A stretch of 64,000 bases of DNA from Salisapilia sapeloensis CBS 127946. Its lineage: Eukaryota; Protista; Oomycota. The notes under the pieces are model-generated. The model searched no databases. It was not told where the DNA came from and saw nothing but the letters and a program-made list of their open reading frames with translations. Every line of letters starts with the position of its first letter. The first letter of the stretch is position 1. Where the stretch lies: NCBI GenBank assembly GCA_023334545.1, contig JAADVB010000080.1, positions 6,129 through 70,128 on the forward strand, in the 5' to 3' direction. Shown here piece by piece: positions 45,451 through 54,895 of this stretch. The position numbers were made by a program, and so were the translations under genes.

Positions 45451-47682
45451 TTAATAGGCCCAGTCCGGCTCCATCCGGTTCTTTCGATACCAGTCTCCTC
45501 CGCCTACATCTAGCGCCTCGTCAAAGCTACCGGCTCTCGCGACGATCTGGATCACCCTGTCGTATAGCGCGACGTTCATCTCAGCGTCCAGTCGACCTGT
45601 CATCTCGTCATAGAAGGACACGGCGCTCTTCCAGTCGTCATGCTTCGTGCACGAGTCAATCACGATCTCCAGCATATGCTGACGCAGCGTATCGGAGAAA
45701 CCTTTCGGCATGCTCTCGTACAACTCGACCACTTCCTCATGATCGTCCTTTGCTCTAGCAGCCTTCAGCGCAAACATATTAAGCGCATCGGCTGGTAAGA
45801 ACACTTGAGGCGTGTCGCCATTTCTCTTGGCATGTCCTCTCGTAACGATGTACTGGTCAAACAGTCGACGTACTTCATCATATCTCTTGGCATTGTACGA
45901 AGTCTTCATCAAGAGCGTGAACCCGAATGTCGACGCAAGGTTCTTCCGTTCGCCCATCCAGTATAAATGGTTCTTCGCTCGATGATACTTGCCTGCAGCA
46001 ATGTACGTCTCGAGCATGTGATTGTGTGCGACGGAGGATGCAACATGACCTCTCGAAGCGAATTTCACCATCAACGTTTCTGCCATTCCCACGTCTTTCG
46101 TCGCAGCACATGCTCTCAAAAGGAGATTTAGCATCTTGGCAGACCGCGCGCGTCTACGACAAATGTAGCTGTTGTTCCAGATGTGAAGAGCACGCTTATA
46201 GTCTCCAGATTCGATAAAGACATTCACAAGTGCTTCGTAGTTGTATCTGTCCAACACAATCGCTCTCTCCAACGCTTCTTTCCAGTACACATCTGCTCGC
46301 GTGACATCCTTGTCAATCGAACAGCTCTCGAGAAGCTGACTCAGCGTATGGGACGTCCATGGTATCTCGAGTTCATCTCGTAGCTCCATCACATGCTTGA
46401 TCCCGTCTAAATCCCGACTGCGCACCATGGCAGCCAGCAATGCGTTCATCGTGACTGAATCCGGCGTGATCCCCCGCTTCTGCATCTGCTCAAACGTCTT
46501 CATCGCTTCGTCTCCATCGCGACGCGTCGCATGGGACGAAATGAGCGTGTTGTAAGAGTACAAGTTTGGCGTCGTGTGCGTTTCCATGAGGTTAAAGATG
46601 ACTGGAAGGAGAGTGGCATCAGAGCTCTTGGCACAGGCGGCTAGTGCCGAGTTGCATAGCTTGTCACCAGGATACACACCGTCTTCCAAGAGCATGGAAA
46701 AGAGCTGGGACGCAGCCCAGTGCTTTCGATGGCGAGCACAAGTGATGATGGCAGACGCAAAGACGTTGCTCTTGTGCGCTAGATTACGGAAGCGGATGCT
46801 GGACAGTAGACCCTGGACTTCTTCCCACTCGTTCAAGCGGACGTGTGCCAAGACACCGGCGCCGTACGTTCGGTGGTTGGGCATGATGTTGTCCGAAATC
46901 ATCTCATTCAGTAACTGCAAGGCCTCTGGAACGCTCGAGTATGGACCACGAGCACAAGCGTGGATGGCCGATGTGTACGTGACGACGTCTGGCTTAATTT
47001 TGAAATGCTTGACGAGGTCTAGGACACTTAATGCGACCGTCGGGTTGCCCATGCGAGCGGAATTGGCGGCCGCGCGATTTAGTTCATTCAGCGTCGGCTC
47101 AAACTGGGACTCTAAAAACGTCCACGCTTCATCCGACTTGTCCATCATAAGCAACACGCGTGCGATGAGGACCGCGTCCATTCGATTCCACTTGGTATCC
47201 TTATACGGGTACGTCGTCATGTACTACAGACACAAGCATCCAATTAGTCATTGCTACGCTCGAAGTTGTGATACATGCATGCAGCACTCCATCAGGCTGT
47301 ACAGAGGTCTTTTAAAATAGATTTAAGAATGCATGTTTCGGTGGTACAAGTCTACCTCGGTGAGCTCTGGTGTCACGACGCCCCCAACTATGCCGTCCAT
47401 GAGCAAAAGTCGAAAAGTAGATCGCTCCGTATCTTGCCACCATGGTTGCGTAGGTTTCTTCCCCTTGTCCTCAATCTCTTTCACGCGTGCTTTCCATTCC
47501 TCTGGCACCGTATCACGCTTCACCTCTAGTAGATGAAATCGACTCGGAGGCTGCTGCGCAGGTTGGTTCGGAACGTTCGTCAATTTTTCACTCAAAGGCG
47601 TAGACGAGAGTGCTCTCTGTAATGTCCTAGAGGCAGCTAGTGGACGCCTTAGAATGCGCAACGTCGACAAGGTCATTGGCAT
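45451..47682 (-). CDS. Pentatricopeptide-repeat protein, probably mitochondrial
   Basis: Tandem units of about 35 aa (KPDVVTYTSAIHAC, PNHRTYGA, PNLYSYNTLI, TPDSVTMNALL). Arg/Ser-rich presequence in ORF 47323-47733; its join to the 45451-47220 ORF is tentative. Confidence 0.8.
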
Positions 47683-47781
47683 GTCCGCCAAGAGATTTAC
47701 AGGCGCTTCTTGTTTTTGTGTTGTCTGGTACACGACCTTCGGAACGGTACATGATTACGTATTCTATCAATTCTATTCAAC

Positions 47782-49953
47782 TTACGGACAAAAGGTTTCC
47801 AATTGACCACCTAGCTCTAGGACTTGCTGCTGGAGGCGGGCATCCGAGTTTCGCCTCGAGAGCATGGATAATTCGTCCTTTAGCTGCTGGAAGCAAGTGT
47901 CGCATGCCTGACATCGCTTCATTCTAACACACAAGGTTACTATTCAAGTTTAGAAGCTCTAGAGGATGGGTACGTACCGCTCTTCGCTGGCGAAATCGAC
48001 TTCTCTACCAGTAAACCCAGACGCCATTCTCGAGTCCTTTATTATCGGTGCAAATGCATCAAACAGTTCTTTGGAAGAGTGCACTCCGACTTCGTTGTAT
48101 CGACCGAATCGACTGGCGACCAATTCGATCAGAAGCGGCAGCACCAAGACACATCCTTCCAAGTCTATGCCTAGGGTTTTCAGCTCTGCATGCCGAAAGA
48201 CGTCAGAAGTGACTGCCTCCCGCTTCCCACTTGGCAGTGCAGCCAAGAATCGAAGTCCATCATGCAACTGCCCCCTCTGCCATCGCTCTAGCAATTGTGT
48301 CACCGTCTTCTTTCGAGCACTCAGTGTCTGGATCGACGTCTCCATCCCACTTCTCAACTCAACCATAAAGTCAGCACTAATATTATCTTCACTCTCCTCC
48401 GCTTGTGTCTTCATGCTACTGATTCGTCCTTCCGATGAAGACATCGGACGAGAGCTATTCGGTCGAGACGACTGAGCAGAACTATTTGGTCGAGAGCTAC
48501 TGGGTCTAGAGCGTTGAGCAGAGCTACTAGGTCTAGAATGCTGGGTAGAGCTGTTTGGTCGGCAGACTGAGACGGATGTGGATGGTACAGAGCGTTGGAA
48601 GGGAGGGACTTGGTTAGCGTCTACTGTCCATATCGAGACAAAGGCGTCTTGAATAGAGCCTCCAACGATCTGTAGATCGTCTGTCATGATACAGTCGACA
48701 TGTGCTTCCACAGCTCCATACTCCTTTACTCGTGGACTAGATAGACTACCGTGGCACTAGACACTATAGTCAGTATCATTGTAGGCCATGGAATGTCAAT
48801 GTTCATACCTGTATAGCTGTTTCATACGACCAGACGCGCATGGCTTCAGAAGAGAAGGCAAAGAGGTATTGACCACTGTAAGGCTCTGAGACCGAATGGC
48901 ACATGGTCGTCGTCTACGTCTTTGTCACTACAATGTACTTTAAACGGCAAATGAACAACGTACGACAGAGTTATCGATGGGCGTAATGCCGATCAAGCTC
49001 ATTTCCTGGACATCATAGAATCGAACAGTCTTGTCAGCCGATGCAGACACGAGGATAAACTCTTCTGGATTGAATTCCAAATCTACACACAACTGTCAAT
49101 CCTTTACCCATGAACATCCCAAATATACAAGAGCTACTTGTGATGGGGCCGCTGTGGTCGTGGAATTCCTTGAGCAATTTGCCCGCCGTGAGATCCCAGA
49201 TACGAATGACCCCGTTGCTGTCTCCTGACGTCAACCATCGTCCATCCGGTGTGAACAACGCAGTTGTAACCTCCGACTTGTGCCCTTTAAAGGTCTGCAT
49301 GCAGCCCTTGCTTTTCAAGTCCCACACCTAATACAATGAATATGAGCTCTGACAATTTTTACAAGTAAATATCTACGACATACTTTTACGATAGTGTCCA
49401 GCGCTCCGGAAGCAACGTAGTCACCGTAGAGGTGGTAGTCGAGAGCTGTGCAGGATGCCATGTGGCCTTTCAGCGTCCTACTGACCTTGCCCGTTTCTAG
49501 GTCAAATGCTTTGATGGACCCGGAGCTTGCACCTGCCACTAGTCGACGTTCGGATGGGTCGAATGTGATACTTTCAATCGAGCTTTGGTGCCCTGTCAGG
49601 CTCTACAAGTCCAATAAGACTCACTTTAGCGAGCTAGTATTGATGGATCGTAGAGATCGTACCATGATGCTCTTGGTCTCTTTCTCACGCAGTCGCCACA
49701 AGTTGACAGCATGGTCTTCGCCACCCGTCGCCATCACTTGTCCCTATATTCAAACCAGAGCATAGTCATGAGTGTGACGTAGCATAATACGTATCGTATA
49801 ACAACGGCACACACCGACTTGCGACCAAAGCGGAGACAATTGACGTCGGACGAGTGCGCTAGGAAGTGAGCTATAGAGATAGGTTAGTATGGTGCACCTT
49901 GTAGAGTTACAAGTGGGAATGGAGCTACAGGAGACGTACAATGACGCTGCCAT
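47782..49953 (-). CDS. KATNB1: Katanin p80 WD40 subunit B1, multi-exon
   Basis: WD40 exons (FLAHSSDVNCL, ATGGEDHAVNLW, LTGHQSSIES, LKGHMASCTALDYH, FKGHKSEV, LEFNPEEFIL) plus a con80-like C-terminal domain (W.RG...VD...GIDLEGCVLVLPL...EER). Confidence 0.9.
48436..48561 (-). repeat. Coding tandem array of six RPxSS units in the katanin p80 linker
   Basis: RPNSS, RPSSS, RPSSS, RPNSS, RPNSS and RPMSS within 42 residues; imperfect DNA repeat visible. Confidence 0.8.
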
Positions 49954-50879
49954 GTCGAGGTCATTGCCAATGCGCCTCTTTGCTAAGGTCGATTATATTT
50001 GCTTGCAAAATAGGAGTCTATTCGTGGTCATCGAATACGCTTTTAGGCCAATTTTATATCTATTATTACTAATTATACAACAATAAAATTTAAGAATGTT
50101 AAAAGTAATCTCTTAAAGGCTAGTAAATTGAGAATAATTGCATAAAATATCCAGTCTTTGAATTGTTTTTGCAACTTAAGTAGTAGGAGCATGTATGTCG
50201 GAGTACACAATTCCTTCCTTTTAGAGAAAGATTTAAACTCCTGTAGACATACATATAGCCCTTACCAATCGCCTAGTGTAGATTATAGAGCGCTGAGAGC
50301 ACTATGGTGTCCTATCAGATACGTCAACAGACAAAAGCTCGGTCAAAATAGTACTCAGAGATCTAAAGGTCGAGGTTACTCTATCATCTTTGCGGTCAAT
50401 GCACGCGTGAGCGCATGTGATCGTTGCTCTCTGTGTGATATCACAGACTGAATAGACGATAGGAATGGATGTAGTGTATTTTTCAGGTCCTGACAAGGCC
50501 AGAATAACTAGTCGATGGAAGTGTGTGGCAATGGATCGTGGGATATCGCGATGTCCATGACTGGCGTGCGCAAAAGTGAGCAAATGTTCAATAATGGCAC
50601 CAAGATGGGATACATGAGCAAGATGCGTTACGAAAGAGTCATATTGTAGTGCTGAGGGAGCTCACTTTTCAGTTTGCATTAAAAATTTCAGGATATTCAT
50701 CTAGGAGTAAAGTTTCAGACTAAGTGGAAGGATCGCTACGAACTCAACTCCCGCAAGTGTCAACTACAAGGAAAGAAATCAAAGGCCGCAAATATATCCG
50801 AGATCGTAGCAACCCCAGCATAACGAAGTTTGCCATCGATCCGAAGCACGAGCCGTCGAGAATGATCTACTTAGGAGAC

Positions 50880-51849
50880 GGGAGTCAGCAAGAGGAAAGT
50901 TCCATCGAACTGGGATGCATCACAAATATCATCTTTGGATGGGGAGGTGGCCGTAGCCGTCGGTGCAAATAGCGGGATAGGCTTACAAATGTCATTTCAG
51001 CTTGCTCGCAAAGGTGTAACGGCGATCCTCTGATGCCGAAGTGAAGTACGAGGTAAGGAGACCGATAAACTGCTTCAGGAAAAGCTGTCAAAAGAAGAGA
51101 GTGCAACCGCAGCGGTTTCATTCCTGAAACTAAGCGTGTGCGATCTGAGCAGTGTTCATACATTTTTGTTAAATCTTTATGCCAAGTACGGCAAGATCAA
51201 TCATCTCATCAATAATGCCGGTGTCATGGACATTGCACACTCCAAGACGGTCGACAAATTGAACCAGCAATGGTCCACGAACCACTTTGATCCCTTTGCG
51301 CTTACGTCTTAAATCCTCTACTTGTTCATAAAAGGATCTCTTTCGCCGATTGTGAACGTTAGCAGCATGGGTGCTCGACTCTAACTTCGATGAGGACAAC
51401 ATCGTCCCGTCCTCAGACAAGTACCTGTCGTTTCCAGTGTATATACGACCAAAGTCACCAGCCAACGCCTTGTCTATGAGTTGGACAGGAGGCTCAGGAT
51501 GAAAGGTATAAAGGGTGCCATGGCAATTGCTGCCAATCCTGGTAGCGTCGTCACCGACTTGCTCAACCCTCTTACGGCCGAGGATAGCTTTCACATGCAA
51601 GTATTTTGAAAGGCTCGAATCTTTTTCATTTCTCCTCAAAGCTGAGATGGGTTCCCTTCTTACTCTTTTTGCTGTGACCGGCAAGAACGTCCAAGGTGGG
51701 AGCTCTTTGTGACGAATCGTTGAAGTGGATGCTTTGGCTACCCTACGCAGGAAAACCCGCTAGTAAAAGCCACGCCCACTGCTGTTGAGGAAATGTTACG
51801 GAAGTTCAGTGAAGAACAGACAAAGGTCTCGTTGAAGGTCGGCAAGTAA
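50880..51849 (+). pseudogene. Short-chain dehydrogenase/reductase (retinol dehydrogenase/WWOX-like) pseudogene
   Basis: NWDASQISSLDGEVAVAVGANSGIG...IL*CRSEVRG...LINNAGVM...TNHF...S*...IVNVSS. In-frame TGA at 51031, TAA at 51310, and frameshifts after about 51385 before YELDRRL...ANPGSV. Confidence 0.88.
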
Positions 51850-53347
51850 GACTTGCAAAGAGTCAAACAAGTTGGAAATTTTACTCCCTTTTATTAAGCA
51901 GCGGCCACTCATGATCTAGTTGGCAGTGATAGTGGCTAGTTGAATAAAGGGTGAAGGACCAGTGGTGATCTGAATTAAGGTTACTAAGTGTCGTGTACAA
52001 ATCATTGCTATAACCATCACAGCATGACTTATACAAGAATTAAATTAGGTAGGCGACGCTTTCAAAGATATGAAAACCTAGAAGTAACTTGGAGCATATA
52101 TACAATGTCTGCCGATTTAAAAGGATAGATTGTTGGGGATACAACCAATCAAAGCTAGCATTTGTTCGCTCATATACAACCAGGTATACCCTGTAGCGTC
52201 AATACTTTTGTTATTGAGCACGGCCTACATTCTTATAATCCAAGCCTGGCAATGTAAATTGGACTCTGCGTTTCTAGCTTGAAGTACTATCCCTATTTTG
52301 CTAAGAGGTGAATAAACTCATGGGTCTAATGGGAAAATTCCACGTGCTGTATCACTATAGAATCCGATTTACAAACGGTTCACGGACGGCACATTTCTGT
52401 TGGGTCGTTCAAAAGCGCATCAAGCTCAGACTTGAAAACATCATTAGCTTACGTTTTAGGCTGACATCCATCCGATACTGAATGCACTCTGAACAAGATG
52501 TGGAGAGCAACTTCAATCACGTTGAGATTTACTTCAGAAATGCCCCAATGCGGTGTCGAACAATATGTGGTTCCTCATCGATCGCCTCCTTTACAAGACG
52601 AAATGGGCAAAGATTAATCATTTCGAAAAGGATGCTGTGACACGTCTACTGTGCTTATTTTTTACTCGGCCTCGCAGTACCTACCGTCCTTCGTCAAATA
52701 CAAGCTCGTTGTCTACGACAGAAATGTCCCTAGACAATGGCACCATCGTTAGTTTGCATTTGTACATGATGCTCTATTCTACCACCGACAATTGTAAAAA
52801 GATGAGAAAATCCTTGCATGCGTACTTTCCTCAGCCTTTCCGAGATACCATGAGTGCATACAAATGGCTTCAACAAGGTCTTTACACTCTCTTAAAGCGC
52901 GTTGGTAATAGAGTATCGAGCCGGGTTTGTTCCATCCACTTTATCCACTCGTGATGCTCTATACATACGTTCCTGATCCGGCATACAAGAGACAATCTAC
53001 ACGTACCTCTGCCTTAACTACCAACTTTCCTTTTTCTCTACCACCTTTAATATTTTCTAGCCTCCATTTGCACTATCCCGTATTCCAATGTGTACATCGT
53101 CTTTATCCCACGCCAACTCATCTTCCATGTGACAAGATGAAGGCGTAGGTAGAAACGCCTTCCATACCCAACACCAAAACTTTGCCAAGCGAATGTGCAA
53201 ATTTTCAATAATCGAGCTTTGCTAGCTGTACAACTCTGCTGACCGTGTAAAAGGCGGCAAAATTCGAATTCGGGCGATACAAATTCCAAGTCAAAAGATC
53301 GGGCTATTTTTGCAAACAAATTGTGAACACCGAGAAAACACAGGCTC

Positions 53348-54039
53348 ATGAGCATGCAGGTGGCTGTCGGAGTCCTCGCGTTTGCAGACGTCACGGCGCT
53401 CACGTTTCTAAATGGCTACTGGGTATCACTCTTTCATGTTCTCTTGCACTATACGTATGTCTTACGAAACTTCTTTCGCAATGAATAGCTAGTGACACTG
53501 GATGAGCTCGAGCTGGACCATTTGAATCCGGCCGATGTCTCAAGAAGACTCAATCGTCTTGTCAGTACGACTCTCATATCCATGCCCATCGTGCTGTCCT
53601 GACACGATTCTCCCTCTAGTTCCTGAAATGATTTTGCACGGCATTTACCTCGTACTGTGTGTACTCGGCTCGGCCTGGTGGATTCTATTACTCAATCTAC
53701 CGATGGCAGGGTATCTCCTTCGACGGTATTGTTAAAGCTAGATCTACCGTTTTAACGATGAAACTGACAAGGGAAGGATAGATACATTCGAAACGAGCAC
53801 CAGTTGGATCCGACGGAAATTCTTCGTTACAAAGACCTACAGCTCGCTCGTCGTGAGTCGATTATCAAGACCGTTTTCTTCGGTCTTCAGATCATCTACG
53901 CCATGTATTGGTACGTTCACAACACCTTTACTCTTCTATCCATCATACTCATCCAAACTCTTCCAGGATGATTGTATCGATCATCGCTGCGACGCCGGAC
54001 CGAAGAAGCCGTCGTAAGAACAAAAAGAAATCCAATTAA
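53348..54039 (+). CDS. Cornichon-family ER cargo receptor, multi-exon
   Basis: Spliced: ...FLNGYW/LVTLDELELDHLNPADVSRRLNRL/VPEMILHG...LLLNLPMAGYLL...HQLDPTEILRYKDL...KTVFFG; matches the cornichon DLExDyiNP and PxhayH pattern. Confidence 0.88.
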
Positions 54040-54148
54040 ACATGCGCCAAACATTCCATTCTGGTCATTTCAGACATGCACACACCTATGCAAATACAAT
54101 TTCCAAAGCTCTTCTCTCAAGCTCGTAAATTATGAACCCAATCGACAG

Positions 54149-54700
54149 CTATGCCACAGCGACGGCGACAAAGTGGAGCATCCCTGCCGCCGTCAGGACA
54201 AAACCCACGAGAACATATGGGAGTACCCATTCCTTGGACGGCGTCTGGACCATCTCTGCCGAGACGCCCGGCTCTTCTTGGTCCACCACCTCCTCTTCTT
54301 CCACCTCATCCACTTCTTCACTCAAACTCCTTTCCTTGAGTTTCTTCATGCAGCTCCCGCACGTCCGTACGTTTTTCTTCCGAAACCGGAGTTTCGTGTC
54401 CGAGCACGACGAGCACACGACGCCACCACAAAGTCCACAATGGTGTTTACCCCACACCCGGAACTCGTGCTTACACACTTGGCACGCGACCTGGGATGAC
54501 TTTGGCGTCCGATCGGACTTGGCGCACATCGCGTCTTGCTCGAGCCCAAGTGCCTGTGCCGACATCCGCCTGACGAACGGCGCGACTTCTTCTGCTTCCC
54601 TATCTTCTTCAGGCCCAGTGCTCAGTCGCTTCGAGAGCGTCACATAGGCGGCTTTCGTCGGCGATGCACTGTCAGCTCTCCTTGTGCGCGTGATCCCCAT
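54149..54700 (-). CDS. Small FYVE-like zinc-finger protein with C-terminal transmembrane segment
   Basis: CQVC...KHHCGLCGGVVCSSCS...RTCGSC (8 Cys), an acidic linker and a hydrophobic tail WVLPYVLVGFVLTAAGMLHFVAVAVA*. Confidence 0.8.
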   Translation of the reverse strand: MGITRTRRADSASPTKAAYVTLSKRLSTGPEEDREAEEVAPFVRRMSAQALGLEQDAMCAKSDRTPKSSQVACQVCKHEFRVWGKHHCGLCGGVVCSSCSDTKLRFRKKNVRTCGSCMKKLKERSLSEEVDEVEEEEVVDQEEPGVSAEMVQTPSKEWVLPYVLVGFVLTAAGMLHFVAVAVA

Positions 54701-54724
54701 CGTGAGCTATCTGATCTGGTCTGG

Positions 54725-54740
54725 TAATCGCGAAATGAGC
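54725..54740 (-). promoter_or_regulatory. Oomycete initiator + flanking promoter region (INR-FPR) element
   Basis: GCTCATTTCGCGATTA matches 15 of 16 positions of GCTCATTYBNNNWTTY and lies 25-40 nt upstream of ATG 54700. Confidence 0.6.
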
Positions 54741-54895
54741 AGCAATCTCGCGATGATATGGTTCAAACAGCTGATTGGGCCTTGAGACCCAGTCGCACCG
54801 TGGTCATTGGCTCCGATGCGACACCGAATCTGCGACAGCATCACTGCATTTGCAACTAGCGTCACCTAAAATTTACTAATGTGCGCATCTATTGC

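Noticed and set aside
46574-47320. 248-aa plus-strand ORF
   Set aside because: Antisense to the PPR gene, which has clear repeat motifs.
50302-50583. 93-codon minus-strand ORF as a possible secreted effector relic
   Set aside because: No convincing signal peptide or RxLR-dEER pattern.
51031-51033. In-frame TGA in the SDR as selenocysteine or a recoded stop
   Set aside because: The same locus also has TAA stops and frameshifts, and all other genes use the standard code, so it is pseudogene decay.
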